Origin: a virus
Reading direction: 5' to 3' (one strand)
Virus record (IMG/VR): IMGVR_UViG_3300045051_000531
DNA length: 64,000 nucleotides
The notes beneath the pieces were generated by a model. It searched no databases. It saw only the letters and a program-made list of their open reading frames with translations, and was not told where the DNA came from. Of the stretch, positions 35,988 to 46,034 are shown in pieces. The translations under genes were made by a program, and so were the position numbers. Within the stretch, counting starts at the first letter, position 1. Each line of letters opens with the position of its first letter.

Positions 35988-36451
35988 GCGAGCTCCCCGA
36001 AGCCGCGTTGTCCGTGTTCCACGGGCTCCGCGCCAACGCGTACATGATCCAGCGGTGCCGTGTCATCGCGGAGCGTGTCGCCAAGCATGGACCACCGAAG
36101 GACCAACGGGCCAAGCCGGTCACCAAGCTGCCCAGCTTGGACCCCGGGATCGAGGCCGCGAATCGGATCGCGGCACGGGATGTCTTCGCTGGTATCGAGC
36201 CGGCCCCGTTCGTCGTACTCCGGGTCCGCAGGCTCGCCGAGCGGATCGAGATGACACGGAAGTCGTACGAGAGCCGGTACGCCTGGGCCAACGAGCTCTG
36301 GCGACAGGGCTACACCCTGAAGGAGATCTCACGTCGGATCGGAGAGCTCCGACACACCCTGTTCGCCCTGATCTTCAAGATGCGGACCAGGTACGGGATG
36401 TTCCCGAAGCGTCCCAGATACGGATACAAGCAGCCCCCGGGGCTGCCATGA
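35984..36451 (+). CDS. HTH-like protein
   Basis: TTG overlapping previous TGA; GYTLKEISRRIG. Confidence 0.6.
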   Translation: MSELPEAALSVFHGLRANAYMIQRCRVIAERVAKHGPPKDQRAKPVTKLPSLDPGIEAANRIAARDVFAGIEPAPFVVLRVRRLAERIEMTRKSYESRYAWANELWRQGYTLKEISRRIGELRHTLFALIFKMRTRYGMFPKRPRYGYKQPPGLP

Positions 36452-36465
36452 AGGCTTTTTTTTTT
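36431..36465 (+). terminator. intrinsic terminator ending the accessory block
   Basis: GC-rich pairing (CAGCCCC/GGGGCTG, GCC/GGC) followed by T10. Confidence 0.7.
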
Positions 36466-36521
36466 AGCTATGACCTCCCACCTGAAGCCCTTCCTGATTC
36501 CGGACCACTAGATAGGATGCC

Positions 36522-37679
36522 GTGATGCGTGGTATCGGTACGTTCATCGGCATGACGACACAGAGCGTTGGAGCCACGGCGGCCCCGTTGCCGCCAGTTG
36601 CCCTGACGCCACCGTCGATCTCGGGAACCGGCTACATCGGGTACACCCTGACGGTTGTCCCGGGCACCTGGGCGAACTCGCCGACGCAGATCGACTATAT
36701 CTGGGAGTACTACGACACCTTCCTGGCGCAGTGGATATCGTTCGGGTCTTCGCAGAGCACGACGATCCTGGTGACGCTCGATGCCGAGGGCCACGACATC
36801 CGGTGCAACGCCATCGGTTCGAATCCAGCTGGGTTCGGGAACGCGGTCTCCAACACTCTGGTCGCCCTGTGGAGCCCGTACCTCGCGATCCCAGCGAGTG
36901 TCGAGGGCTGGTTCGATGCCGAGGCCACCAGCACGATCGTCTTGGCCCCGAATGTGGCGCAGTGGGGAAGCCGTCGCGATGTCCTCGGATCGGATGTCGT
37001 CACGGCAGCTACGCTCGCCCTGCAGCCCACCTACAGCGCCACAGGCTGGGATGGCACCAGGCCAGCGATCAGCTTCAACGGCACCAACGGTCTCGGTAAG
37101 ACAATCGCAGCGGCTCGCTGCAAGAATGTTTCCGGGTACCGCGTCGCCATGGCCTACAAGGCTGACGCGTTCGTCGGTAGCCAGACCAGGTATGTGTCCA
37201 TCGCAAGTGGGGCGACCCCGGTCGCGGTGCGGTACTCGACGGGCACCAATGGTGGCCAGCGCAACGTCGGTGCCCGCCCCTTGGATGCGGGATCCTTCGT
37301 GACCGCGGTTCCGTCTGGTCCGGCTGAGGATCTCAACACGCACATCCGTGTCGATGTCGCCAAGTTCTTGACGGGCGGGGCTTCTGGTGAGGTCAACATA
37401 CGTATCGATGGCACCGTGTATCCGACGACCGCGGTTGCCGGGTGGCCCAACACGAACACGTCGAACACGGACTCCCTGTCGCTCGGCATCGGTATCCAGA
37501 ACGGCAGCACGATAACGGGGCGCATCAACGCCCGGGTTCATGAGATCCTGCTGCTCTCCGGTGTCGGGACGAACGCCGAGAACGAGAAGATCGAGGGTTG
37601 CCTGGCGTGGCGCGCCAGGCTTACGGCCAAGCTGCCCATCACACACCCCTATAAAACCGCACCGCCGACACTCGTATGA
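36522..37679 (+). CDS. virion/adhesin-like protein (Ig-like plus LamG-like)
   Basis: PSISGTGYIGYTLTVVPGTW..Y.W Ig-like unit; GWFDA..V.QW..; C-terminal KIEGCLAWR..LP.THPYKTAPP. Confidence 0.7.
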   Translation: MMRGIGTFIGMTTQSVGATAAPLPPVALTPPSISGTGYIGYTLTVVPGTWANSPTQIDYIWEYYDTFLAQWISFGSSQSTTILVTLDAEGHDIRCNAIGSNPAGFGNAVSNTLVALWSPYLAIPASVEGWFDAEATSTIVLAPNVAQWGSRRDVLGSDVVTAATLALQPTYSATGWDGTRPAISFNGTNGLGKTIAAARCKNVSGYRVAMAYKADAFVGSQTRYVSIASGATPVAVRYSTGTNGGQRNVGARPLDAGSFVTAVPSGPAEDLNTHIRVDVAKFLTGGASGEVNIRIDGTVYPTTAVAGWPNTNTSNTDSLSLGIGIQNGSTITGRINARVHEILLLSGVGTNAENEKIEGCLAWRARLTAKLPITHPYKTAPPTLV

Positions 37680-37987
37680 TGGCTTACCTCTTCAACACGA
37701 TCCCTGAGGCCGAGGCAGCACTGGTTGCCCTGGAGCCCATGCTGCGCGCCGCGCTCCTGGCTCGGGGCTACACGGCGGTCCCCGGCAACGGCGTCGTCGG
37801 CAAGGACATCAACGGAGCCGATGTCCCCGGCACTGAGGTCTCCACGGTGTGGGGGCCCGTTCAGGAGACCATCGAGGGTGCCTTCTGTATCCCATCGATT
37901 CGCGCCATGTTCCCGGAAGCCTTTGGGTCCATCGAGGTCACCCTGGGACTCCCGTATCCCGTCAACGTCACCCTGCTTGAATCCTGA
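37676..37987 (+). CDS. hypothetical protein, possible fibre partner
   Basis: ATGA overlap. Confidence 0.65.
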   Translation: MMAYLFNTIPEAEAALVALEPMLRAALLARGYTAVPGNGVVGKDINGADVPGTEVSTVWGPVQETIEGAFCIPSIRAMFPEAFGSIEVTLGLPYPVNVTLLES

Positions 37988-38005
37988 TTCGCGTAAGGAA
38001 CTCCC

Positions 38006-38329
38006 ATGCCTGGCTACCACACCTTCACGGACACCCTGCCTGCTGGGCACCTCACGGGGTCCACGACGCTGACGGGGACCAGGACCAAGCTGACCCCGAC
38101 GTTCCCCGCGGACTACGTCGGCACCCTGACCCTGCGGGTCTACACGACCGCCGACTTCACCTTCGCGTCGGCGGACAACGCCGTCAACGAGGTCCCCGGC
38201 ATCAAGGACACCTGGTTCGACATCCCGGTGATCAGTGCTGACCAGGTCACCTGGTTCAAGCAGAGCGGGGGATCAGGCGCCACGCTGTACTACTGGCTCC
38301 TGATCAAGACGACGCTCGGCAACGTCTAA
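38006..38329 (+). CDS. hypothetical Thr-rich structural-like protein
   Basis: AAGGA RBS, GC3-rich. Confidence 0.8.
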   Translation: MPGYHTFTDTLPAGHLTGSTTLTGTRTKLTPTFPADYVGTLTLRVYTTADFTFASADNAVNEVPGIKDTWFDIPVISADQVTWFKQSGGSGATLYYWLLIKTTLGNV

Positions 38330-38334
38330 GCGTC

Positions 38335-38362
38335 TCGACAACTCGGGCAGCACAGCTAGTGT
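38335..38362 (+). promoter_or_regulatory. sigma70-like promoter
   Basis: TCGACA-N16-TAGTGT in intergenic gap. Confidence 0.4.
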
Positions 38363-38383
38363 CGTGGACACCTAGGGGACCCA

Positions 38384-40888
38384 GTGGCTCTCACTGACGG
38401 CTACATCACCAACGATGACGGCGGCGACTGGCAGTTCGCCAACACCGGGGGTGCTGGTCGCGGTGATTCCATCGATCCCAACGGTGACGCCTGGGCTCGC
38501 TTCGAACGCGTCAGCGGTGGCGTCACCGGAACGAAGTGTGATGAGAACGGGGTCGTGTCCGAGGGCCCCAAGATCACGTTCTCGACACCAGATGGGCTCC
38601 TCAGCGGTGCCGCCGAAGCCGACGGTAAGAGGCCATGGGTGGTCTGGGCCGGTGTCTCCCCGATGTCGCTGCGGGAGATCCTGGTCGTCTTCAACAAGCC
38701 GGTTGTCCTACTCAATAAGTCCAAGATCAGCGGTGGTGATGTCGTCGCGTTGACCGGCCGCCTCCTCGTCATCGCGATGGAGGACCCGATCTCGATCAAC
38801 GGGAAGCAGCGCGTCACGGTGTCCATCGGGGCCGGCGCCCTGGGGTTCTACACGGAGCCCGATGAAACCGAGGAGACCCCGACGACATCGGGGACGACGA
38901 CATCGTTCTGCCCGGAGCCCGCCCCGAAGACGGCATCGGAGCCCGGCGGCGAGCTCCCCGAGCTCGAGGACTACGACCTGCCGTGCGACTGCACCGAGGT
39001 CAAAGAGGGTGACAGCGGTGGCGGCGACGACACCAGTGGCGGCGCCGCTGAGCTCAACGATGCCCTGGTCTTCGCCGACATCTGCAACGCTGGTGCCCAG
39101 TGTGGCGAGTTCCAGGGCGACCAGGCCTCCTTCGCGGTCAACAACACCCTGGTGTTCCCAGTTAGGTGCACGCACCCCTTCGTGCTGCTCAAGCTGAAGA
39201 TCTGTGGCTGTGCGACGTGTACCAAGGAGGCCAAGGTCTGGATGGCCTGCATGGAGGTCTTCGGCTCCACGGTGCCGTTGGAACTCTTGCCCATCGACAA
39301 GCTGTTCGACATCGATCCTTGCAACGTCCTGAGCAAGTACGCCAACGGGTTCCCGGCGCGGCTCTCCGGTGCCGCGGCCTGCTGCGGCTCCGCGGATGTC
39401 GTCATCGCGGCGTCCGCGGGTCCCGACGTCAGCCCCAGCGATGTCGGGCTCTGGGAGGGCAACGTCCCCGGCTTCGACAATCAGGTCTGCCTGTATCTGC
39501 CACCGTGCCAGGAGGACTGCCAGGAGAACCCCTGCAAGGCCGTGGTTCGCCCCGACTTCGAGGATTACTACGTCGCCGAGGACATCATCAAGCCGAGCCA
39601 GCGAGAGCTCCCCGTGAGCTTCTTCGACACCTGGCTGGTGACGATGACAACGATCACGATTCCGTCGACGATCACGTCAACGACGCTGACCATGCTGACG
39701 TCGTTTGATACCACGACGTTCGACTTCCTGCCGACCTCGGCGCAGTACGCGACGTGGACGTTCCCGACATCGATTCGGACCGCGGAATGGTCCCTGCCGT
39801 TCTGGTCGCAGCAGACCATTACGGATATGATGCAGTTCATCGCGAGCGACGTATGGACTGGGTCCAATTTTGCAGGTCTGACGTCGCTGCTCTACGATTC
39901 AGGGGTCACGCTTCAGACCATCGGAACCGAAGCCAAGTACGTCATCACGGCGGTCAACGGGTCCAACATCGATGTCGTCAGTGTCCCAGCCGGGGCCAAA
40001 TGGCTCCTCGGGTACGGCGTCGTCGCGATCACGTACTGCGACGAAGGTGGTAACGAGCAGGTCGTCAACGTGGTTACCTCAATTTCCACAGCTGATGCCG
40101 GGGTTACCGCTGTAGGGGTCGTTACCGAGGCTATTGGAACCAACGTTATCGTGATTACGTCGCTTGGTCAGACGACCCGTAATTTCGTCACGGATGCCGG
40201 TACTTCAGAGATCAATTATCTCAAGGTTCTTTTTGGTCAGCCAATCACCAACTACGACATCGCGAAGGTCGACATCACCGCGATGCAGGCGACCTCGGAG
40301 GTCGTCATCAACCTGCCCACGGAAATCCTGACCACGGTCAGCAAGTTCGTGACATCGGTTGTCGGGGTCTCCAACATCACCCTGGTGACCTCATGTGCCT
40401 CCGAAGAGGTCGAGGTCACCCTGAACTCGGACACCATCACGGCTGAGGTCCTCAAGGTCGCCACGGATGCCGGAGCGATCACGTTGCTCACCGAGGCCAC
40501 GGACCCGAAGTGCGACGTGAAGTACAAGTTCCTGAATCACCCCGGTGAGGACAAAATCGTCAAGGCCACGGGCCGGATCTCGATCCCCAGGGACTGCTGT
40601 GAGGGTATCGACGAGTTCTGCATCACCTATCAGGCCGACGTGGAGTGGGAAGAGAACTGCAAGAACGTCAAGTTGCTCAGCGCGATGTACGTCGACCGCG
40701 GCGTCGCGGCGCCCAGTGCTGAGAAGTGCCCCTGCTTTGACTGTGAACCCGAGCTCCCCCAGGTCAGCGGCGAGAACGCGACGCCATCGGATGTCGAGAC
40801 CCTTGGCCTCGACAACGACATGCCGTGCACGATCCGGGTCCAGCGCGTCAACAGGCGGTGGTGCATTACCTGCCGTGGGAACATCTAA
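38384..40888 (+). CDS. large Cys-rich probable virion protein
   Basis: 834 aa, ~31 Cys by hand count, Thr/Val-rich middle. Confidence 0.85.
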   Translation: MALTDGYITNDDGGDWQFANTGGAGRGDSIDPNGDAWARFERVSGGVTGTKCDENGVVSEGPKITFSTPDGLLSGAAEADGKRPWVVWAGVSPMSLREILVVFNKPVVLLNKSKISGGDVVALTGRLLVIAMEDPISINGKQRVTVSIGAGALGFYTEPDETEETPTTSGTTTSFCPEPAPKTASEPGGELPELEDYDLPCDCTEVKEGDSGGGDDTSGGAAELNDALVFADICNAGAQCGEFQGDQASFAVNNTLVFPVRCTHPFVLLKLKICGCATCTKEAKVWMACMEVFGSTVPLELLPIDKLFDIDPCNVLSKYANGFPARLSGAAACCGSADVVIAASAGPDVSPSDVGLWEGNVPGFDNQVCLYLPPCQEDCQENPCKAVVRPDFEDYYVAEDIIKPSQRELPVSFFDTWLVTMTTITIPSTITSTTLTMLTSFDTTTFDFLPTSAQYATWTFPTSIRTAEWSLPFWSQQTITDMMQFIASDVWTGSNFAGLTSLLYDSGVTLQTIGTEAKYVITAVNGSNIDVVSVPAGAKWLLGYGVVAITYCDEGGNEQVVNVVTSISTADAGVTAVGVVTEAIGTNVIVITSLGQTTRNFVTDAGTSEINYLKVLFGQPITNYDIAKVDITAMQATSEVVINLPTEILTTVSKFVTSVVGVSNITLVTSCASEEVEVTLNSDTITAEVLKVATDAGAITLLTEATDPKCDVKYKFLNHPGEDKIVKATGRISIPRDCCEGIDEFCITYQADVEWEENCKNVKLLSAMYVDRGVAAPSAEKCPCFDCEPELPQVSGENATPSDVETLGLDNDMPCTIRVQRVNRRWCITCRGNI

Positions 40889-40891
40889 GCC

Positions 40892-41959
40892 ATGGGGATC
40901 CGGTTCCGGCGTGACTTCGCCAACGGGGGATGCTGCGAAAACATCTGCCCAGATGGTCCCGCGTGCAGCTGCGATGACCTCCAGTGGTACTGCGTCAGCG
41001 TAAAGAACTACGAGAACCCGGACTGCATCGGGAGCCCGTATCCGGAGTACCTGACCTGCAAGCAGCTCACTCAGGGTTTCATCGATGCCCTGCCGGCCTG
41101 CATTCCGGGGTTTGAACCCGGTTACGCGAGTTCCTACGTCGCGTACGTCAGCGGCCCATTCACGGACAGCGGGGGCTGCTTGGCGGTGTGCCCGCCGTGG
41201 TACTGCATCAGGTATACGGAGTACGCGACCGATAACTGCACCGGCACACCTGGTCTGATCACAACGCAGTGTGTCCAGCTCCAGCCCACTGAGGTCCCCG
41301 GTCCCGGCGGAACCTGCATCCCGACGGGCCTGGAGTCATCGGTGCTCATGGAGCTCATCAGCGGGCCCCACAACCAGCTCGTGGACTGCAGTGACCTCTG
41401 TGGGTGCTGTAACTTCGATACCCAGTACGCCGGGAAGACGCTGACGATCACATCGACGAGGTACGAGTCCGACGCCGGCTGGTTCCGGAAGCAGACCTCG
41501 GTGTACACCGGCACCTACAGCGGCGGTGGCATTTTCACAGGCAGCTGGGCAGCCAGCGATGTCTACGAGGAAGCCTGGCCGCCGGATCCGCCGGCCCCGG
41601 AGTGCTACGACTTCGATAGCCCGGCCTATGCGTACACGAACCCGGCACAGGCGCAGAACTTCAAGGTGGTCTGCGACCCCTCCGGGTTCTGGTACGACTT
41701 AGAGTACGTCGGGTTCCCGGGCTCCGGGGTGTTCCAGTTCTTCAGGCTTCGTGTCGAATCTGGGGAGTGCACCGGAGCGTTCTCAGGCTGCCTTCCAGAC
41801 GGCTTCTATAAGACGCAGTGCGTGGCGACGTATTCGTCGTCGTGTCTCAACATGTTCGGGTATTACCGTGGCTGCGATGAGTTCTATGCCGAGGATTACT
41901 GCGCCACGAGGCAGTACTCGAACTCGATCGACTGGACTACATCGGCTTCGATCGCGTAA
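40892..41959 (+). CDS. Cys-rich repeat protein
   Basis: ~27 Cys in 355 aa; WYC..C..C..C..SGP..C..C unit twice. Confidence 0.85.
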   Translation: MGIRFRRDFANGGCCENICPDGPACSCDDLQWYCVSVKNYENPDCIGSPYPEYLTCKQLTQGFIDALPACIPGFEPGYASSYVAYVSGPFTDSGGCLAVCPPWYCIRYTEYATDNCTGTPGLITTQCVQLQPTEVPGPGGTCIPTGLESSVLMELISGPHNQLVDCSDLCGCCNFDTQYAGKTLTITSTRYESDAGWFRKQTSVYTGTYSGGGIFTGSWAASDVYEEAWPPDPPAPECYDFDSPAYAYTNPAQAQNFKVVCDPSGFWYDLEYVGFPGSGVFQFFRLRVESGECTGAFSGCLPDGFYKTQCVATYSSSCLNMFGYYRGCDEFYAEDYCATRQYSNSIDWTTSASIA

Positions 41960-42567
41960 TGCAGCCGCTTCTCGACAACCTCGCGGGCCTGCTCACGTTC
42001 ACGTCGGTAAAGACAACGGAACGGATCGACGATATCCCAGCGGCCCCGAGTTGCGGGCTGTGCCGGTTCATCGTGTTCATGTGGCCCACGATCGCTGAGA
42101 AGGTCAAGACGCGCCAGTTCAGGTTTACCCGGCATCGGGGCTGCATCGTGATTCCGTATGATCCCAAGCGGAACGAGGTCGCCTATCTCAGCTTGGTGGA
42201 ACCGTACACCGTGGAGACCGTTGTCCTGGATGCCGAGGTCTTCGCCAAGGAGCTCAGGCCGCCGAGCGGGATGCGACGGGACCCCGGTGAGCCTGGTCTG
42301 ATGAAGAAGGCCAGGACGTTGGCTGGAGCTGTCTTCGACTGGGCCAAGGATGGGTTCCGGATGGCCACCGAGGAGCAAGTCGCCGCTCGTAAGGTGATCT
42401 GCGAGGGCTGCGAGTTCTGGCGCGGTGAGGGCTACAACGGGATGGGGAAGTGCCAGAAGTGCGGGTGCTCTGGGGTAAAGCTGAAGATCGCGGGCTCCGA
42501 GTGCCCCCTGAAGAAGTGGGGCCCGATTCCGAAGCCGGAGCCCGATTCACCTGCTAACGGCTCTTGA
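41959..42567 (+). CDS. DUF6171-like Cys-motif protein
   Basis: RKVICEGCEF..KCQKCGC..K....ECPLKKW. Confidence 0.7.
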   Translation: MQPLLDNLAGLLTFTSVKTTERIDDIPAAPSCGLCRFIVFMWPTIAEKVKTRQFRFTRHRGCIVIPYDPKRNEVAYLSLVEPYTVETVVLDAEVFAKELRPPSGMRRDPGEPGLMKKARTLAGAVFDWAKDGFRMATEEQVAARKVICEGCEFWRGEGYNGMGKCQKCGCSGVKLKIAGSECPLKKWGPIPKPEPDSPANGS

Positions 42568-43118
42568 CGACGCGGTCAGGAACCGCTACACATGTGGCCC
42601 AGGAGACCATTGTGGCCGAAGGCAAGGCGCTCTCGCTTCGTGATGTCCTCGGGATCCTGAAGCCGGCTCCAGGTGGTCAGTTCACGGCAGCGCAGGACGA
42701 CCTCCTCGCCAAGTTCTATGATCTCTACACGTTCCGCGAAGCCCACGAGGCCATGGACGCCTTCTTGAAGAAGGCGAACTGCGGGAACTGCAGGACCACG
42801 CTGATGACGATCATGGCGCAGCAGCCCGATCGGCTCCAGCAGTTCGTGGACGCCATTGACTGGGCCAAGTTCCTGGGCCGGAAGCCGACGGATCTCAAGG
42901 ATGCCTTGCCGGCGCGCGCCACGGCTGATGCCCCCGTGCAGCCGGTCCAGGCACGTCGCGGTCGCCCTGTTTCCATTGCGGGGACCACCCGCGATATCGA
43001 TGACACCCCAGAGGCCTACACGGCCATGATGGAGCACATCAATGGACAAAACGGATACTTCTCAGGACTCACCGTCCGAGTACTCCCCGACACCAGACTG
43101 CGCGTCTATTTCTATTGA
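42564..43118 (+). CDS. hypothetical protein
   Basis: CGNC motif; start uncertain. Confidence 0.7.
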   Translation: MTTRSGTATHVAQETIVAEGKALSLRDVLGILKPAPGGQFTAAQDDLLAKFYDLYTFREAHEAMDAFLKKANCGNCRTTLMTIMAQQPDRLQQFVDAIDWAKFLGRKPTDLKDALPARATADAPVQPVQARRGRPVSIAGTTRDIDDTPEAYTAMMEHINGQNGYFSGLTVRVLPDTRLRVYFY

Positions 43119-43494
43119 GTGTCCGCGCGAACACTATTCCATCACGGTCGAGCTGAAGCCGTCCGCGATGCCTGAGGCGATGTCTTATGCCCTGCTCAGG
43201 GCTCGCGACATCTGGCCTGATGCCATCATGAATACGGGTCGCGACGTCTACGAGACCTATACCGAGGGTCGTCCGAACTCGTTCCGCAGTGTTGAATCGG
43301 TCTGTATTTTCCCATGTTTTGATCGCCTCCTTGCCGGCCAGTTGTTCCGGCGTCAACCCGACAGCGTCGTGATCACCAAGCACGGCACCGAACTCGAGAT
43401 CACGGGGTACCGTGCCGGGATCGATGTCGTCAAGCATTTCGCCAAGATGCCGTTCTGGCGGCACCGGACCTCGGCGCGGTTGCAGGCCGTATGA
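43042..43494 (+). CDS. hypothetical protein
   Basis: GGAG RBS; 77-nt overlap with upstream gene. Confidence 0.65.
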   Translation: MDKTDTSQDSPSEYSPTPDCASISIECPREHYSITVELKPSAMPEAMSYALLRARDIWPDAIMNTGRDVYETYTEGRPNSFRSVESVCIFPCFDRLLAGQLFRRQPDSVVITKHGTELEITGYRAGIDVVKHFAKMPFWRHRTSARLQAV

Positions 43495-44390
43495 GCGATC
43501 CGTTGCGCGGGACTCCAGGCATCATGGGCGGCACGGGTGCCGACATCGCATCCGTCGTGCAGATCGGCGCTGTCCAGGCCGCCAAGGAGCGCGCCCTTGC
43601 CGCGTTCCGGCAGAACATCGCGTTGCCTGATGTCCACGTCGCCGATCGTACCAAGCCCTTCGTTCCCATGATCGTCGGGCAGGATGGCGCCCCGATTACG
43701 CCAGAGCGCCGCGCCGAGATGATGCGGGCTGCTGGGGTCAAGCCGATGTTCGATGAGAACGGCAAGGCCACGAACCAGCGTTACACGGAGAGCTTCGACG
43801 GGGTCATCGAGGTCGAGCGCATCGGGGAATCCGCAGAACGTAACCGCCACCAGATCCGCGTTGTCCAGACCAAGGAGCTCTCCGAAGATGCGCTCCGCCA
43901 GGGCAACATCGGGGAAGCCACCGTGGCTGGCACGGAAGGTGACCTCCATATTCCTGGCGCGGAGGACGTCGTGATCAGGCAGAACTGCGTGTACACCTCA
44001 GGGCACGGGTCACCTGTAAGCCCGACCCAGTTTTTGGCTCATATTCGCGAAGCCCTGACCAAGTTGGCCGCGGCATCAAAGAAGGCCGATGGCACCCAGG
44101 TCGGCTGCAAGGTGTGCGAGATGAGTCCAGCGTCTCGACTCTTCGCGCAGCGCTACCTGAAGACCCAGGGTGTCGGTGTCGGGGCCACGATCTTCGGGAT
44201 CGTGATCACCATCGACCCGGACATGGAGAACGAGATCCGGTTCTCTGGGGACCCCGCGTACCCAGCGTTCAAGGATCTCTACGCCTCCGTGTTCATCCCG
44301 AAGATCCAGTACGAGCGCGCCGCCAAGGCGCTGCATGCCAGTCAGGCCGATACCGACGTCATCGTCATCGAAGATGAGGAAATCACATGA
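43491..44390 (+). CDS. hypothetical protein
   Basis: 299 aa, ATGA overlaps. Confidence 0.8.
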   Translation: MSDPLRGTPGIMGGTGADIASVVQIGAVQAAKERALAAFRQNIALPDVHVADRTKPFVPMIVGQDGAPITPERRAEMMRAAGVKPMFDENGKATNQRYTESFDGVIEVERIGESAERNRHQIRVVQTKELSEDALRQGNIGEATVAGTEGDLHIPGAEDVVIRQNCVYTSGHGSPVSPTQFLAHIREALTKLAAASKKADGTQVGCKVCEMSPASRLFAQRYLKTQGVGVGATIFGIVITIDPDMENEIRFSGDPAYPAFKDLYASVFIPKIQYERAAKALHASQADTDVIVIEDEEIT

Positions 44391-45058
44391 GCGAAGTCGT
44401 GGACCCGTTCTGGAGCTGGATCGACGGTCTCCTGCCAGGGAAGCAGTGGATCTCGTACGCCGTCGATGCCTCCGGGATGCGCGCCGTGTTCTCATCGGTG
44501 CCGGTGTACCATCCGGCCTCGAAGAAGTGGACCCTGATGGGCCCAGGTGATCGCAAGGACATCGGGCTCCTCGATGTCGGCGTCGGCTTCGATGGCTCCA
44601 AGACCCTGCTGATCCGCCCTGGCTTCGAAGCCATCGCTGCTGCCGTTGCACCGCAGGTCGACAAGGCCCGGATGGGCGCCCTGGCACATGACGTCACGGA
44701 CCCCAAGAAGAAGGGTCCCGATGCCTGGGTCGGGGCCATCGCCACCGAGATGACCCCCGAGATGCTGTCCCGCGCCAACGCGGAGGCCATGGGCCTCGGT
44801 CGTCAGCTCAGTGGGACCCCCGATGTCGCCAAGCCAGATCCGACGACCTACGTCGGTGAAGGCGTCGCCAAGGTGCTCGTCAAGGAGTCCATGACTGGCC
44901 CGGTGTTCGCTGCGCCGGCTGGTGTCGAGCTTCCCAAGCCCAAGGGTGACGTCGTCACCAAGTTGATCGCGTTGGTGGTCGCACTCGCTGAGGAGGTCCC
45001 ACCCTCGCGCCGCAAGCACATCGAGAACGAGCTCAAGGCGCTCAAGGAGGCCCTGTGA
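44387..45058 (+). CDS. hypothetical protein
   Basis: 223 aa. Confidence 0.8.
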   Translation: MSEVVDPFWSWIDGLLPGKQWISYAVDASGMRAVFSSVPVYHPASKKWTLMGPGDRKDIGLLDVGVGFDGSKTLLIRPGFEAIAAAVAPQVDKARMGALAHDVTDPKKKGPDAWVGAIATEMTPEMLSRANAEAMGLGRQLSGTPDVAKPDPTTYVGEGVAKVLVKESMTGPVFAAPAGVELPKPKGDVVTKLIALVVALAEEVPPSRRKHIENELKALKEAL

Positions 45059-45273
45059 AGCGGAAGACCAAGCGGACCGGGACCCTGACGGTCTCGGTTC
45101 CCAAGCTGCATGAGGTCGCCGTGTTGAACAAGTGCGCCCGGTGTGGCGGTCACCACCTCGGCCTGACGTTCTTCCCGTTCATGAGGCCGCCGAAGACCGG
45201 CGGGCGTACGATGTGGACGCACTACGCGCCGTGCCCGAAGACCCACGAACCCATCCTGATGAGGAAGACATGA
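45055..45273 (+). CDS. small basic Cys/His protein
   Basis: CARCGGHH ... CP. Confidence 0.65.
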   Translation: MKRKTKRTGTLTVSVPKLHEVAVLNKCARCGGHHLGLTFFPFMRPPKTGGRTMWTHYAPCPKTHEPILMRKT

Positions 45274-45386
45274 TCAAGAAACCCAACCAGGCCCCGAAGC
45301 CAAACGTGAAGACGGCTGCGGTGCAGCAGGAGTTCGTGAAGCGCCTCGTCAGGAAGCAGCTCGAGAAGCCGGAGTCCAAGAAGTGA
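45270..45386 (+). CDS. small basic peptide (38 aa)
   Basis: ATGA/GTGA overlaps. Confidence 0.55.
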   Translation: MIKKPNQAPKPNVKTAAVQQEFVKRLVRKQLEKPESKK

Positions 45387-45838
45387 TCTACGACTTCAAC
45401 GTGCTGACCTGGGAAGTCATCGACGGTGACACCGTGAAGTGCCTCCTCGACCTCGGCATCGGAGTTCGCATGGACATCCGGGTACGCCTCGAAGGCACCA
45501 ATGCCCCCGAGGTCACGACATCCAGCACGGAGCGCGACGCCGGTCGTGCCGTGTTGAACTTCGTGCATGTCTGGTTCGAGATGGCTCGGGCCCAGAAGTG
45601 CACCGTTGCTGTGCTGTCCACGAAGTGGGACAAGTACGGTGGTCGCATCATCGGCGACTTCATGGTGTCGGTCCCCAGCGGCCCGTCGATCTCGCTGGCG
45701 AAGACCTTGCTCTCCCTGGGCTTCGCGAAGCCGTACAGCGGCTCTGGGACCAAGCCTGGGTTCACGCCAGCGGAGTGCGAGGCCCTCGTGGTCCGCGCCG
45801 GGCAGGAGATGTCGCGCATCAACTTCATCGGGAAGTAG
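45383..45838 (+). CDS. thermonuclease (SNase-like)
   Basis: VIDGDTV, VRLEGTNAPE, DKYGGRII. Confidence 0.85.
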   Translation: MIYDFNVLTWEVIDGDTVKCLLDLGIGVRMDIRVRLEGTNAPEVTTSSTERDAGRAVLNFVHVWFEMARAQKCTVAVLSTKWDKYGGRIIGDFMVSVPSGPSISLAKTLLSLGFAKPYSGSGTKPGFTPAECEALVVRAGQEMSRINFIGK

Positions 45839-45839
45839 C

Positions 45840-46034
45840 GTGGTTGAGACAGGTGTCTTCGAGTTGATCGATGAGCCCGGACGTTCTGTTAAGGTTCGCT
45901 CGGTTGCGCACATTCCTTTCTTGAACAAGACCCTGATCTACTTCGTGTACGAGGACGAGCCCAAGCAGCTCCGTGAGATCGCTGAGACCGAGTTCTACGC
46001 CAAGACGAAACCCATCCAGAGAGACCAGCCGTGA
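45840..46034 (+). CDS. hypothetical protein
   Basis: GTG 45840 directly after previous stop. Confidence 0.55.
   Translation: MVETGVFELIDEPGRSVKVRSVAHIPFLNKTLIYFVYEDEPKQLREIAETEFYAKTKPIQRDQP

Noticed and set aside
36816-36826. tRNA T-arm-like GGTTCGAATCC
   Set aside because: Lies in frame within a CDS; no acceptor, D or anticodon stems found.
3556-37646. Long minus-strand ORFs (e.g. 3556..4593, 18700..20079, 33023..33949, 36468..37646)
   Set aside because: Antisense shadows of GC3-biased + strand genes; no motifs or RBS.
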